DNA of 63,989 nt, filler included, from Piptocephalis cylindrospora (lineage: Eukaryota): the NCBI GenBank assembly GCA_003614145.1. It is 3 parts of 3 records of this genome, joined end to end, with 100 filler letters (N's around TTAATTAATTAA, not from the genome) between each part and the next. Parts side by side here need not be neighbours in the genome. Positions count along the whole stretch, not along the records: positions 1 to 25,021 come from KZ987780.1; positions 25,122 to 50,126 come from KZ987781.1; 1 more part is not named here. The stretch is one strand, 5' to 3'. A program made the position numbers and the translations under genes. The notes under the pieces are model-generated. The model saw only the letters and a program-made list of their open reading frames with translations, was not told the DNA's origin and did no database searches. This document shows, in pieces, positions 21,101-34,011 of this stretch (position 1 is its first letter; every line of letters begins with the position of its first letter).

Positions 21101-23453
21101 CGCCGTGGTTTTGTAGCAACAGCTTCTGACCTGCGAAGCGGCGCCTCGACCTATATAAGCTACAATAATAAAGCCATGGTGAATACCTTGGCTATTCTTC
21201 GGAGCGTCTGCGTAAGTCTTGAGGTGAGAGTATCCCATGGCTTTTACCTCTCGGTGAGAAAAGGCTACAAAAGCCCACACACTTATACCTCTGTGAATAT
21301 GGGATTTGGAGGGGATGTAGAAAAGTTGTCCCCGGAATCTCGGATTCTCTGTTTCGACATTTGACGAGATACGTGAAAAGCTCTCGCAATTTAAGCGTCG
21401 TATTGGGGTCATCAGGTAGTGATGCAGATGTATGGGGGGAAGGAAGATGAGAGCTCCTCAGAACATAATTATTATTTATTCACCCTTCGTCCTCCATCTA
21501 GAAAGCCGCTTTACTACGTCAAAATGGACATAGCGAGAGCTTTTGACTCTATACGCCAAGATAAACTGATTGAAATTATCAAGGGTATTATTCAAGAGGT
21601 ATATCGTGCAGGAGTGTGTTTAACGATCATTACCTTTCAAGTACGTAATCCTCATAAAAAAAAACGATCAGGATTATCTTCTCGTTCAATGGGATACCAT
21701 TAGGGCCCAGGAGCAGAAGGGGCAACGGAAGATGTATCGTAAGACGGCCCTCACTCTTGGAGAAGTGAAACCGTTTGGCCATTTTGCTTACTCTGCTACT
21801 GAGGAGCATTGTATGCACGACACCATCTTGGTGGACAAGGTTAGTATATAACTGTGAGAGCGAATGAGATAAGTCATATCACTCAATAGCATCACTCATG
21901 TGGAACGAAATGAAATCAAGGTTAACCATACTTTGGAATCGCAGAAGAATATCCTAACATTACTGGAGGAGCATATCGGGCACAACCAGATTCAGGTAAG
22001 ACGGATGGTTACTCTTTAGAGTGGCGATTTGGATGCATTGATCCTCTCCTGCATCTGTCGTAATAGTATGGTCAAAGGATCTATGAACAAGTACAAGGAA
22101 TTCCCCAAGGATCCACCCTGTCCACTGTACTATGCAAGTAAGTTGCTATCATGGAGCAATGTGTCTAAGGAGAGGAGATTGGAAAAGTTTCTTTAGGCCA
22201 ATTTCCTTCCTTGTACATATGAGGTATCGACTCAACCCTTTTGGCCATTGTGCATTATTAGTCTATACTTTGGAGATATGGAATTAAAGTATCTGAATAT
22301 TCTCCAGTCTCCTGATACAGTAAGTAGGGCTTTTTTCCTCTTACAGGGAAAGAAAGAGGACGGTTAGAAATGTGTTGGACAACCTAATTTCCCATTTTTT
22401 ATGAATATTAGCTTTGCTTAAGATGGGTGGATGATTACCTCATCATTTCCAAGTCCCCAGAACGTCTTCTTCGTTCAGCCCAGCTGTTTCGTCAAGGGTT
22501 TTCGGAGCATGGATGCAGCGTCAACCTATCCAAGTGCTCTTCAAACATTCATTTTTCCATGAAATCCATAGAAGGCATGAATGAGGAGGTTTGGATTCCA
22601 CCAGCGGATGAGGGGAGTTCAGGTGAGTACATCGTATCCATGCACTGTCTGGGAGAGATCAAGGTTCTTTTGGTAGCAATTAAGACTTAAACGCCTACAC
22701 CCTTTGACGCTCCTCTTCTTATTTCCCATTCCGTTAGCGGTGTGGTGCGGGATGTCCATTGACATGACCAATCTCAACTCATCTATTTCCCTGGGGCAAA
22801 GTAAGTACTTCTTTTCTATCCTTTCTCCTAGTTTTTGTAATTTGGTTATCCTTACGCTCTTCCATTCTTCACTGTTTAGATTGGAAGGACGGTCTTACTG
22901 TCGATTACATCCATAAGCCTGGGATGTCCCTTTTGGAGAAAATGCTCAAGTGAGTAGTCACAAATGATGCTCAGTGAAAGGGGTTTTAAGCTACTTTACC
23001 CTCTAAATATTTTATGTCATCCTCATACGTCCTTTTCCTCCTTTCAGACTGCTACGCTCCAAGATGCACCCACTCTTTCTGATCCCCGTGACTCCTTCTA
23101 AGGGTAATGTGGTACGTAACATCCGAGAAGCGTATCGGTATGCAGTTCGTAAACTCTTAGAGTCTCTTTCAAGTCCTGGATTTTCTATTGAGAGTACCGG
23201 TTTCCTCCTCCATCTCTTTGAACGTGCCTCGAGATATGGATGTGCTCGATGTGGTGGGATTATGTCGGGAGGAGGAATCATGCCCTTTTCCCTTTCGTCC
23301 CACCGTCGGATCATGGCAACAGTCAGCCTGGAGGAAAGCACCCAACATCTGAAATGCCGCTATGGTGCACTATTTGGCCTTCTCAAATCCTGGGCCCACC
23401 TTCCTATTCCTCATCCCATCCAGAGGGTCATTGAGGAGGGGAGAAGTGGATGA
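18189..23453 (+). CDS. TERT: Telomerase reverse transcriptase, roughly 20 short introns
   Basis: Spliced motifs: TEN WTKLLQVIG...LFRSLPNGCFYQLCG (~18850-18958); T motif WLFQHFIIPLL..FYITD..KLFYFRHDVW (~20530-20765); motifs 1/2 IRYIPK..GFRTTMNF; A YYVKMDIARAFDSI (~21510); B' YEQVQGIPQGSTLS (~22082); C LCLRWVDDYLII (22412-22447); D GFSEHGCSVNLSK; E WCGMSID; CTE KMHPLF...VVRNI. Confidence 0.95.
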
Positions 23454-25021
23454 GTGGTATGCTGATTGGGAAAATGAAGAGTATTGAGCGGTGGAAGCTT
23501 TGTTAGACATTATGTATTAAGGGGATATCAATGGGTTTGATCCTCTCCACCACCTCCCCTATATCATGTTTCTATCTGGAAGGCAATCTTACTGGGAAAT
23601 ATTGTTGCTGATCAATCAATACTTGCCAATCTCGGACTACTCTAAAAAAAACCTCAGCTGTTAGTCTACTAAAATAGGAGTGGAGAGATGTTCATGATCT
23701 ACTACAGGCATAATGGGATGTAATCTCGTGATACACTGCCCCTTCACCACAATGTTTTGTAGGAGAATGCTTTTAAAACTCTCGTGGATGAATCCGATAA
23801 TTGAAATGGACTGGATCAGGTCAGAAGAGGGCTGATGTAAATCAATGTTGGGTACAAACCTCTCTCTCTCTCATGGACCATGCAAGGTTAACCAGTAGCG
23901 GCTTGATCATGGGAATATACGTGGTTTCTTTTTTTTCCTAGTTTCACATTCAGATACACATCCGTTCTATCGCACCCCACATTTAAAAAGCCCCGGGCTT
24001 TTGATTTCTTGGCTCTTACTAGAGATATGAAGATCCATGTACTTCATCGAGTAGGCCAGTGTTATTGCCGAGAGATTGACAGGGACCATCGAGGTGTGGA
24101 TGCACATTATCTGAGTCCTGTGTCTCATTCACCATTACCACCCGCCCTCTCATCCACAGCTTGGTCACCCTGACCAAGGATTTGTGGCTGGTGCCATCAA
24201 GGCTGGGGAGGACGACCCACCCACACCTCCCCCAGGTAGTATTACCTGCATGACGTCCCGTTTACAGCTATACAGCATCAGGTGGTAAGATTTACGATAG
24301 TGACCCCAATTCACACTTTTCTCCCCTATTATTTCCCATCCCCTTGCATCCCACTGCATACATTCCAAGTTACTCCGCCTAGAAGAGATTCTCCGCTGTC
24401 CAAGACCGTACTGCAGGTCCCACGATCCCATCTCTCAAGTTCAGGATCTCTTGAGGAGGGTTCATCGGCCGCTTTTGTTGGTCCATCTTTACAGTGAAAA
24501 AGCATTGAAGGGCATTGTGTGACTATTCCATTCCATTGTTCCTCTTCTGGCCTCTTGTTTGAATCCCCATCATTCACCCAAACATACGATAACAGTCCAT
24601 CCTTTGCCCATGAGTTCCACTGGTGGACTTGGCCATCATGATCTTTTTCTCACCATTCATCTCCAATTCTGACCAAATCCTCCCGATCCCGCCCCTGTTC
24701 AAGGCGCATGGGCTTGGCCCTGACCGCCCCTGCCCCCCTCTTACCTTCATCATCTGAGCCAAATCTATAAAGGGCGGGCGTATTCAGAATATATCCCCAA
24801 CATCCCTTCTCCATTCATTAATCCTCCCCTACACCTTCTCCTCTACCTCCTCATCCTTCCATTCATCCTACCTACTCTCTATTTTTCTCTAGTATCGTCC
24901 CCACCCTGGCATATTTGCGTCTACATCACCTTAATACGCATTCACCACTTCTTCACATAATACCCACCCCCTCTCCGATTTTCACATACTCATTTGAGCC
25001 ATGTCCTATTCGTGCACGATG

Positions 25022-25121
25022 NNNNNNNNNNNNNNNNNNNNNNNNNNNNNNNNNNNNNNNNNNNNTTAATTAATTAANNNNNNNNNNNNNNNNNNNNNNN
25101 NNNNNNNNNNNNNNNNNNNNN
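25022..25121. other. Artificial contig spacer N44-TTAATTAATTAA-N44
   Basis: Exactly 100 bp with a palindromic core that gives stop codons in all six frames. An identical spacer occurs at 50127. Confidence 0.97.
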
Positions 25122-26214
25122 GGACATGGGGGCTGGATGGAGAGGAAACACAGGAAGGGTATGTATGAATAGAAGGAGAGTAAAAGCTGGGTAGAAGGGT
25201 AGGAAGCTGAGCGTGCTTAGCAGAGCCTTTTTCAACAGCGATGACTGGATTGTGTCAAAAAATCAGGAAACTTGTTTGAAGGAGGCCAAGCATGGATGGA
25301 GGGGAGGATTGAGGAAGACTAGACTAAGCTGAGCCGAGAAACCTTCTTTTGCGCGCGAAGCAGATAGGCGGGAGTGGTGATGGGGGTAGTGATGAGGGAT
25401 AAGGAGGGGGAAGAGGAAGAGGGAAACAATGTGGAGGAGAAGAAAAAGGGAAAAAGGGCGTACTTTGAGAATGAGGGATCTGTCACTATGTCTGACCCTG
25501 CTTGTCACAATATGTGTGTAGGGGGGGGGGTCGATGTGTGGTAGGGAGACGACTATCGTTTTAAAGCTCCGGAGTGATAATTTGGTGGCGTGAGGGTGAC
25601 AGGGGCGAGGGAGGCGGAGCCAGGGACATGACAGGAGATGGGCCGAGGAGGGAGAAAGGAATAGTCCTGAGTTTTCTGAAGGGAGAGGAGGCTGATAGTG
25701 AGTTTGATGGGCGGTGATGGGAAATGTGAGTGAGACAGACAAAAGGGTGAGAGGAGGTGGTAATACAACAAAACAGATCAAGTGCATGTGCATTATGCTG
25801 GATAAGGGAGAGGTGGGGGAGGAGCGGCAGGTCCTTCTCTGCCTGATGAGAGGAGTGCGCTGCTGCAACCTTGTCTCATGGAAGATAGTGGTGGTGTATA
25901 ACGGAGTCTACACGTCGTGTCATGAGCCAAATGGGTATACGGATGATCCGGATGGACGGCGTTTTTCATGGGTGTGTGTGTGGGAGAGGAGAATAGGCAT
26001 GTTATGTTGTGTTACTCAGAGGCATCTATTTATAGTGATTACAGTCAAGGACATGTCCAAAATATTTCTCGGCTTTACTGTTACTTTATGAAATATGCAT
26101 GCATACCTCACACCACTCTCAGATTGTGGCGGTGACATCGACACGCGGAAAGAAAAGATGGGTTCCGTCATTCTAACTTATTACAAAGAAGAAGAAAAAG
26201 GTATACAAACCACA

Positions 26215-29200
26215 TCAGCAACTCATTTCCTTGTCTTTACTGGCCACGGTCGACCTATCCCAGTCAAGATCAAGCTCATGGGTCATGGCATCTATCAGAG
26301 CTTGGGCCTCCCCAGAGACAGGGTCCTCGTTATCCGAGCGCATTGGCTCCTCTTCGCCATCACTGGATGGAGCCAAAGGGGAAAGAGCGACTTGGGGGGA
26401 GAGCAGTCTTTGATTCTTGTGATCCTCCTCCGTCTCCTTCTTGACACTCGTTCTAGCATCCCTTCCGGAATCCATCATGATCACCTCGTCCAAGGAGGAT
26501 CGAATCGTACCACTTAGGCTACTGGCATCATCCGGATTCAAAACCCGTAATTCTCGTAGACCCCCGAGGAACCCCACGCTACCCAGGGGGCTTCCAGTGC
26601 CATCCCGTCTGTCATGAGGGACTGCACCACCCCCGTTACTATCGTCTTCCCCCCCAATAGGACTCCATAAACGACCAGAATTCCCCTTGGGCTTTTCTTC
26701 CCCTGGCACCATGACCACTGGGGTCATATGACTCTCATCATCCTCGTCTGGACCCCAGGATTTCCCTTGACCTTCGACGTAAAAGGATCTAGTCACCTCA
26801 CCAATGGTTCTTCGCCGCACCCGTCTTTGAGGACATCGTTCCACGCGAACAGCCCTAGCCACATGAACCTGACCGATCTCATTATCATCATCATCCCCTT
26901 CTTCCTCCTCGCCCTCCTTTCCATCCTGGACCATAGAAAGATCGCTCTGGGAGAGGGCCCGAGCTTCTGGGGCCGATCGTGTCCCACACGTATCTTCTTC
27001 CTCCTTTTCATCATCATTTTCCCCATTCCCATGAACAGGCTGAGTGATACCTCTCTGGGCTACCGGGCCTTTCATGTCCTCCTCTTTATCACCAAGCATC
27101 CCAGCCATCTCTCTCTCGAGAATGGAAGCACCCATAAAGATGGCCTGACCAGTCTTTCGTTCGACATGACCCACCACCGGAGGAACATCGCTCCAAGAGG
27201 CTGGATGGGTTACATAAACGGGTAACTCGACCGTCAGGTCCTTACTCAGAGGCATGCTCAGAGCAACCTGAAGGAAACACCGAATACTCAGGAGTGATGT
27301 GCCCCTGACACTCACCGATACCTCAGAGGAGAGGGGAAGAGCAAGGGCTAAGACGGCTTCCCTCTCCTCTCCAGGCTCCCAACGCCAATCGGAGCTCCTA
27401 CCCCTCCACTCGCCCACGAGACGGCATCTATGATCCACAATAGACCGAGTCTTCCCCCTCATCTCTGCCTCACGCTCCACTTCCCCCTGGAGCCCTGCTC
27501 TCCTCCAAAGACACAATCTTACTCCGGTCACACGTTTCTTTGTCCCATTGCGCACAGCCACACGTACATATGCCATCCCTCCCAGAGTAATGATGCCACG
27601 GGTAGAGGCAGCCGTGCACTCTAGACTTCCTGTTCCTCCGAGGAAGGCCCGCTTCCTTGCCTCCCCCACCACTACCATACCCCTCCCCTTCTTCACCTCC
27701 TCGCTCCCCCACCTTTCGTATACAGAAAGACGCTTGGAGGAAACAAGTCTCTCCGGATCCCTAAACTCGGCCTCTACTTCATCCAGACATCCAACCATAA
27801 TGGTACTAACCAAGGAGGAAGGGGGAAGAGGATAATGAGTGCTTTCCTAGAAGAATACAAGGAAAAAAAATGCAACTTACGCAGAAAGAACATATCGGAC
27901 ATGACCCACTCGAGTCTCCACCGAAGTGGGTAGATCGGTGGGTAGGGGGATGGCAAAGGGAAAGAGGGTCCGGCCCTTCTTGGCCACAAAGTATCCACCC
28001 TCATCCACAGGCTGAGCTGCAAGAACAGCATCACTCGGATGGGAAGTGTCCTGGAGGACGAGACGATGCTTGTAGATGGGTCTTACTGTGTTGGAAAGGC
28101 CTTTGGACGAGGGTTCCAAATAATTACCTGTCCCTGTATCTGCAGTCACCTCTATGTATAGTTATGCAATCCAAAGGCAAGGATGAGTAAGAGAAGTCCC
28201 CAAGCATCCTCGAAAAAGTCCAGTAAGAGGGAAAGGCCTACCTTCATATGCATACAGCTCAATCACCATCTCTCCTAGACGAGCATGGGAGGAGAGACAT
28301 GTGGTCTCTACCCTCCCTACTACAGGGCTACCAGCCACGATAAAGGGCTGATTGAGACGGAGTTTGATACGAAACTTGCCTACCTTGTGCTCATCCTTGC
28401 CCACGGGAATGGGTAGAGCTCCCTTGGACCTGGCCATGTCCTCCTCATTTTGAAGCAAAGGACCTTTTCCAGCCTTGACTGAGGTGTGCAGATTGGTTTG
28501 GGGGGGCTGAGCAGACTGGCTAATACCATAAGGGTATCTGGTCCCCAGGTCAATGGCCTCTATATCATCTGTTGTGTCTCGGGAGTGCCTGGAGGCTCCA
28601 CTTGCGGGGGCTCCCGCAGGGTGGTCCAAGGTCTTGGAGGTAGAGGAGGCCGAGGAGGCTAGGGATTCAGAGCGCCCTCGAACAATCTTAACTTCACTTT
28701 TGATTTCATCCTTCCCCTCAATGGACGACATGGAGTCTCGTCGAAGCGGACCATGGGACATCGTGCTGGGAGAGTCAAGATGATCCTCTGAGAGCGTACT
28801 GGAAGCTGCAGAGTGAGTTGTAGTGATGGAGGGTGTGGAGAGTGAGGCGATGGAATGAGACCCCGTTGATTTGGAGGAGGCGGTAGAAGAAGTGGAGGAA
28901 TGTCGATTCTGATGCCCATGGGTCCGATCCACCTTAGTGACCGCATCAGGTACTACATTTCCCTCGTTCTCCTTGGGAATACTAAGAGGAGGGGGAAGGG
29001 TAGATGCACGAATGGATTCTCTAACTCCTCCAGGGATACTCATGGACCGGTTGGGTCGACCGACCGGGCCGCCGGAGGAGCCCGCTTGAATGTCCAGAGG
29101 CAAATTTGTTCGAAGACCCTTACTTACCCCACGGTGATGGCCTCCACCCGCCCCATTCCCCCCAGGTGAATCCCGCACACTCAAGGAGGACCGAGTGGGA

Positions 29201-29484
29201 ACCTGGGGTAACCGTCGAGGATGTATCGGAATTCGTGGGGCCGGGAGATCTGGGATAAAGTATGGGATGGGGGGGTAGGCAGAAGGTGTCTGGGAGGATC
29301 CTGCCCCAGGAAGGGAAGGGAGTGCCACCCCTGTGGGTGAAGGAAACCTCTGATGTGGGGCTGGTGGAGGAGCCCGTGTCGGTGGTGTAGGTCTCTGACC
29401 CGTGGGGGTCCTGTGCAGCTGAGGTTTAGATGAGGAAGCCCTACCAGTCCTGTCCATGTGAGAGGGGGAGGATTGAGGGGACAT
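26215..29484 (-). CDS. Alpha-arrestin-like protein (arrestin N and C domains) with long disordered Pro/Ser-rich N-terminus, 3 exons
   Basis: Exons 29484-28242, 28151-27881 and 27805-26215 splice in frame. Motifs FIVAGSPVVGRVE, LFPFAIPLPTDLPTS..GHVRYVL, VRVAVRNGTKKRV and DLTVELPVYV. Confidence 0.85.
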
Positions 29485-30675
29485 GAGGAGGAGAGGGGGC
29501 AGGTTGAGAGATAGAGATAGAACGAGGCGGAAAAACGAAACAGTGTATACAGGCTAGGAGAACCGGGTGGACAAATGAGTACAACGTACAAAGGGTGAAG
29601 GATGAGAATGATATACCTAGTAAAAGGGTTATGGGAAGAGGAGAGAAAGGACAAGGGTCAAAGCGGTGGGGGAGGGGAAGGAGGATAAGGTGACTTTTTT
29701 TTACCAAAGGGTGGAAGAGGATGACTGGGACTGTGGCCTTCTTATACAGGGGAAGGGGAGACAGGAGGGACAACGGCCATACACTTAGTATTTTAGTGCG
29801 CTAAGGTGGCCTGCCATCATATGGTTCTACAAGAAGAGAGAAATCAACATGAATCCCCCCCCGCGTCTGGTTGGTGGTGTCACTTGGTCGTGGGGGATGG
29901 CGTGAGGACACACACACGGAAAAAGGGAGGTTCGGTCCGATTCGGTATGAAGTGGGAGGAGGAGGGGAAACTCGTCGACCGGTCGTCCCGTAGGCCTGGG
30001 ACGGGTAAAGTAATGTGCCACGGTCACGAGCGTGTGGAAATGACCATAGAACCGGGTTGATTGGTCCTGGGAGGGGGGCTGACTGCACAGTCCATCTTCA
30101 CCGATCATGCAATATGTATGGGAGATGCATACTCCCTGAAGAGGCTCTGTGACGGGGAAAGTCTATATCCCTTGTGTGTAGCCGTGTGCATATGTGTCTG
30201 TGTAGTGGTGGTCTGCATCCCCCTGTCGCTCCAGCCACTTACTCCACACCCATCGGTCTGACCATCAACCAGACCAGTCAGTGTACACACCCAGAGAGGA
30301 TATCTCCAATTGGGATTTTCTTTAAAGGTAAGACATGTCCGATGATGTTTAGGAGAGGCTATGCGTTGCACGAGTCGTCACTTTCAGGATGACACCTATT
30401 AGCACATCTCTATATGTCACACTCCCAAGTCCAAAAAAAGTACTTCACGCAGAGCTTCACGATGAAAGATATCTAGTAGATTCATTCAGCATATCTGTAT
30501 CAAAAATAACCTATATGAGCAATGGATGATCATCCTACTCCCAATCCTTATCACAAGGAGGATGACCGCGAGCGGGGCCAATTTGCCTTCAGATCACCCC
30601 TATCATCAGTAGCCAAGTGATAGAAGAGGGGGGAGTCATAATGATGACAACTAGGATCCCTATCACGATTCAATT

Positions 30676-32526
30676 TTAGAGTTTGACCTTTTTCGCGTGC
30701 GTTAGGAAGATCTCAATTTTCTCCTTGAGATCACCCTTCAGTATATTCATACTCTGACGTCGGCCAGAGTTAGAATCGGAAGAGGTCTTGAGAGATTCCT
30801 CAGCCTGGACAAAAGCTTTGATCGTACTCTTGAAAAGAGTGGGTGCTTGAGCATACTCTTGCAGCATCCTCCCCATCGTCCGCGCCTCACTCACTGCCAT
30901 TCGTGTCCACCGGGCCGCTTCCTTGGGGGAGATGGACTCCCCAACCTTCAGAGAAGACTCCAGAGCCTGCAATCCATGCATATTCGCGGCCAAGGAAGCC
31001 AAGGGAAAAATCGAATACCTATTGGCTTCCTTTAGTATCTGGCTGTCGGGGCTGATCTCCTCACTCCCCTTTATGGCCTTCCCGGTAGGGTTAAGTATTG
31101 CAGAGGCCAAGATACGGGGCAAATTCCAAATGGCGTGATGGATGAGGGACTTATCCTCCAGAACCGACGTAGGATAAAGACGTTGATGAACACTCTTGGT
31201 CAAATCGTCTACCTTGTTCAAAACATCATTCCACTTCGCGCTCTCCAGATGAGGATAGGAGCTATCGGGGGCCCTTTCCCCCAGGAGATCCTTGCCCTTC
31301 TTTTCTCGGGACGGGCGGTGGGTGAGAAGGGTAAGAAGATTGAAGACGGGCATTGCGATCAAGGTCAGGTCCTCCTCCAGACTCTTGATTTCCTTGGCCC
31401 ACCACTCCTTCCAGAGCGTAATCTCCCCTGTGGCCTCCCTTGGTCCTAGATGTCCATGGCCTAAGAAAATATCGGGACTCCCCGTCTTTCCATTGTATTT
31501 ACCGTGCATACACACATTCACGGCGTTGGAATGGAATTTTTTAAATCGCTTATGAATGCCTTTTGTCAACCAGATCCAGAGGCCAGAGGATTTTTCATCC
31601 AAAATGGCCTTATCTTGCCGAAGGGGAAAATGAACACCTTTACCGCTGGCTGCCAGCATTAGCTTCCAGATGGCTTCCATCCTTGCCACCCAGCCCTGAG
31701 GGTACTTTTCGAGTAATAGGGAGGTTTTTCCCTTGTAAAAATCATTGTAATCCTTTCCGCGATTACCACCCTTAGCGCTATACTTATCTTGGAGTTCCTG
31801 ACCAAACTCTTTGGGGACCAAAAGGGTTTTCCAGAGGACTTCGTATGTCTCCAAGGTTGTTCCCAGGTCGGTAGCGCTTTCACTTAGCGCTCTATGGACC
31901 CACTCCACAGGAACATGGCTGGTCCCTACAGCATCTTTTTGATACACCGAATCTGGAAGTGAAAGAAAGGGAAAGAGAACAAGGACGTCGTACTGGATCA
32001 TGCGACGGAATAAATTGTACCCCATCTTTGAATCAGGCAGAGGCGTGGGGGATAGGTCTTGGGTTGGTCGAGTAAGGTAGTGTTGTGAGACTAGCCAAGC
32101 ATGATGAGCCACGAGACGGAGCTGAAATCGGTAATGGAGATGGGGATCCGCATTGTACTTGCTATTGGCAAGGACACATCCATCTTTTAGAATCGCTTGG
32201 AGATCCGAGGTGCCCAAGCCATCTTGGACATGATGGGCCGCAAGCTTCGCTGCAAAGTAGGAGGTCGCTTGGCATGCCGCAGAGAAGTGAATGCGTGAAA
32301 TCCCCAGAAAAGTCATCAAGGCCTGTCGAGGCTCCCTCCGCATGGCAAAGGCATGGAGAAGGTCTCGGGTCCGACTGATCGGATCAATCTCTGGATTGGA
32401 CTGGGAGGTAAACCAGGAAGAGGTCTTGGAGATGCCTCCAGAGGATTGAGTGGATGTAGTGGTCGCCAAGGTCACATTGACTAGTAAAAATAAAAGGCAG
32501 AGACGTGAAAGAAGGTGTGGAAGCAT
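30676..32526 (-). CDS. Secreted hypothetical protein (616 aa), intronless
   Basis: Long ORF with ATG and signal peptide MLPHLLSRLCLLFLLVNVTLA. Pyrimidine-rich leader and TATATAA near 32836 (minus strand). No recognised domain. Confidence 0.75.
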   Translation of the reverse strand: MLPHLLSRLCLLFLLVNVTLATTTSTQSSGGISKTSSWFTSQSNPEIDPISRTRDLLHAFAMRREPRQALMTFLGISRIHFSAACQATSYFAAKLAAHHVQDGLGTSDLQAILKDGCVLANSKYNADPHLHYRFQLRLVAHHAWLVSQHYLTRPTQDLSPTPLPDSKMGYNLFRRMIQYDVLVLFPFLSLPDSVYQKDAVGTSHVPVEWVHRALSESATDLGTTLETYEVLWKTLLVPKEFGQELQDKYSAKGGNRGKDYNDFYKGKTSLLLEKYPQGWVARMEAIWKLMLAASGKGVHFPLRQDKAILDEKSSGLWIWLTKGIHKRFKKFHSNAVNVCMHGKYNGKTGSPDIFLGHGHLGPREATGEITLWKEWWAKEIKSLEEDLTLIAMPVFNLLTLLTHRPSREKKGKDLLGERAPDSSYPHLESAKWNDVLNKVDDLTKSVHQRLYPTSVLEDKSLIHHAIWNLPRILASAILNPTGKAIKGSEEISPDSQILKEANRYSIFPLASLAANMHGLQALESSLKVGESISPKEAARWTRMAVSEARTMGRMLQEYAQAPTLFKSTIKAFVQAEESLKTSSDSNSGRRQSMNILKGDLKEKIEIFLTHAKKVKL

Positions 32527-33724
32527 TGAGTCTCGTACGGCGGGGATGAGGGGGATAAATGAGAAGCCGAGAAGAACAATTGGAAGAGGATATCTACGTC
32601 GTTAGGGAGCGACTCAGCGAGTGTTGCCTCGAAAACTAAAGTGGATAGAAGGTGGCTTGTGTCGTCACAAAGGAGGGGCGGTAGGACCGTTGCCTCGTAT
32701 GAATTGACCTGAAAGTGATGAGAGTGAGAGTAGATGCGGACGGTCGTGAGGGTAGAGGAGAATAAACCCGGGAAATAGAACGAGAGTGAAAGTTAGGATG
32801 CAAGGATCGAGAATAGCTCCTGGTGGTGATTCTCGTTATATACCAATGGTTCTATCCTCTTATCTGGACGGTCGAGTGAAAAGATCTTTGGTGGGCGTTT
32901 CCACAAAACACGAGGACAAACAGCCAGTGCTCAGTACAGCATATGTGAACGTCATGGTGTGCAGATACAGGTATTGGATGTGGAGACCTGGTCGGGATTG
33001 GAAGGCTTTGTCGGAGCTAAGTTTTATAGACATGCCAGTCGGTCTGTTGGGATTATGTGGATGGTTGGTGGAGCAAGACACCTGTCCGTAATGGGGGCGA
33101 TATAGAGAAAAAAAAGACATTTTGTATCGCACTAATAGACCCCTCAACACAAGACAGTCATACTAGCGAGAAAAGTAAGAAGATATGCTCCCTCTGAAAA
33201 AAGGATATGTATTAAGTATTGTTATTTTGATAGAAGGATGTTTATTAAAGAACATGCGGATCGAGGAAGGTGGGGCACTCATGCGCCTCTGGTGACTTTT
33301 GGCTTAAAGGCCCTACTGTATGATGCTCAAGGGTGGGCGACTTGGAAGTACAATACAATGTAGCATGGAGCCATTATAATGATAATGATAAAAATCGTTC
33401 GATCCTTCCTCGGTGATGCAAGCTGCTGAATATCCGAACGCAGCACCCGCCTACTGACCATCACAACGCCACTATCTACTTTATATCTGCCTATAAGTAA
33501 TATAGATGCACCGCATTTTCTCATTGAAGCTACATGAAGTAAATGAAGTGACCTTTACATCCACAAGGCTGGTGCGTTAAGTCAGTACTACGGATACTCC
33601 AACCGCTCAACATATATAGCTATAATAAAAGGGATGTCCTGGAAGCAGATACAATAGCTTAATCACAGCCGATCCATCCTGGTCAGTGACAAGCTGTTCA
33701 TATAGCGTGATGATCATAACTAGG

Positions 33725-33740
33725 ACGCGTCGAGACGCGT
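33725..33740. promoter_or_regulatory. Tandem ACGCGT (MCB-like) motifs upstream of the GON4L-like gene
   Basis: ACGCGT at 33725 and 33735, one helical turn apart and ~280 bp before ATG 34012. Confidence 0.45.
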
Positions 33741-34011
33741 CATCCCCTCACACTACCTGTAGTCTGGCCCCATTTCTACCCCTGGAAGCCTCCACCACCA
33801 CCATACCACATCACACCGCGCTATAGCGTTGCTCAGCAGACAAGGAAGATCACTCCCCTTCTCCCTTGACCCGTCTCTTTCTTCTACCCCTGACACCACC
33901 CTTGCTCTATCAACATCTCTCGCTCTGCCAAGACCGCCAAAGCTCCGACCGCGCACACTCCGCACTGAATTTCTTGACGCGCGTCTATAAAGTCACCCAA
34001 GGCCGTCCTGG

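Noticed and set aside
18189..23453. RT motifs as a possible retrotransposon
   Set aside because: TEN and T motifs, ~20 spliceosomal introns and the absence of LTR, gag or endonuclease identify it as TERT.
17702..25021. Search for telomere repeats or a telomerase RNA template near TERT
   Set aside because: No TTAGGG-like array or CTAACCCTAA-like template was seen. The isolated matches at ~5788 and ~58320 lie in coding exons.
25066..25077. TTAATTAATTAA palindrome inside N runs (also 50171-50182)
   Set aside because: It is an artificial six-frame stop linker, not biological sequence.
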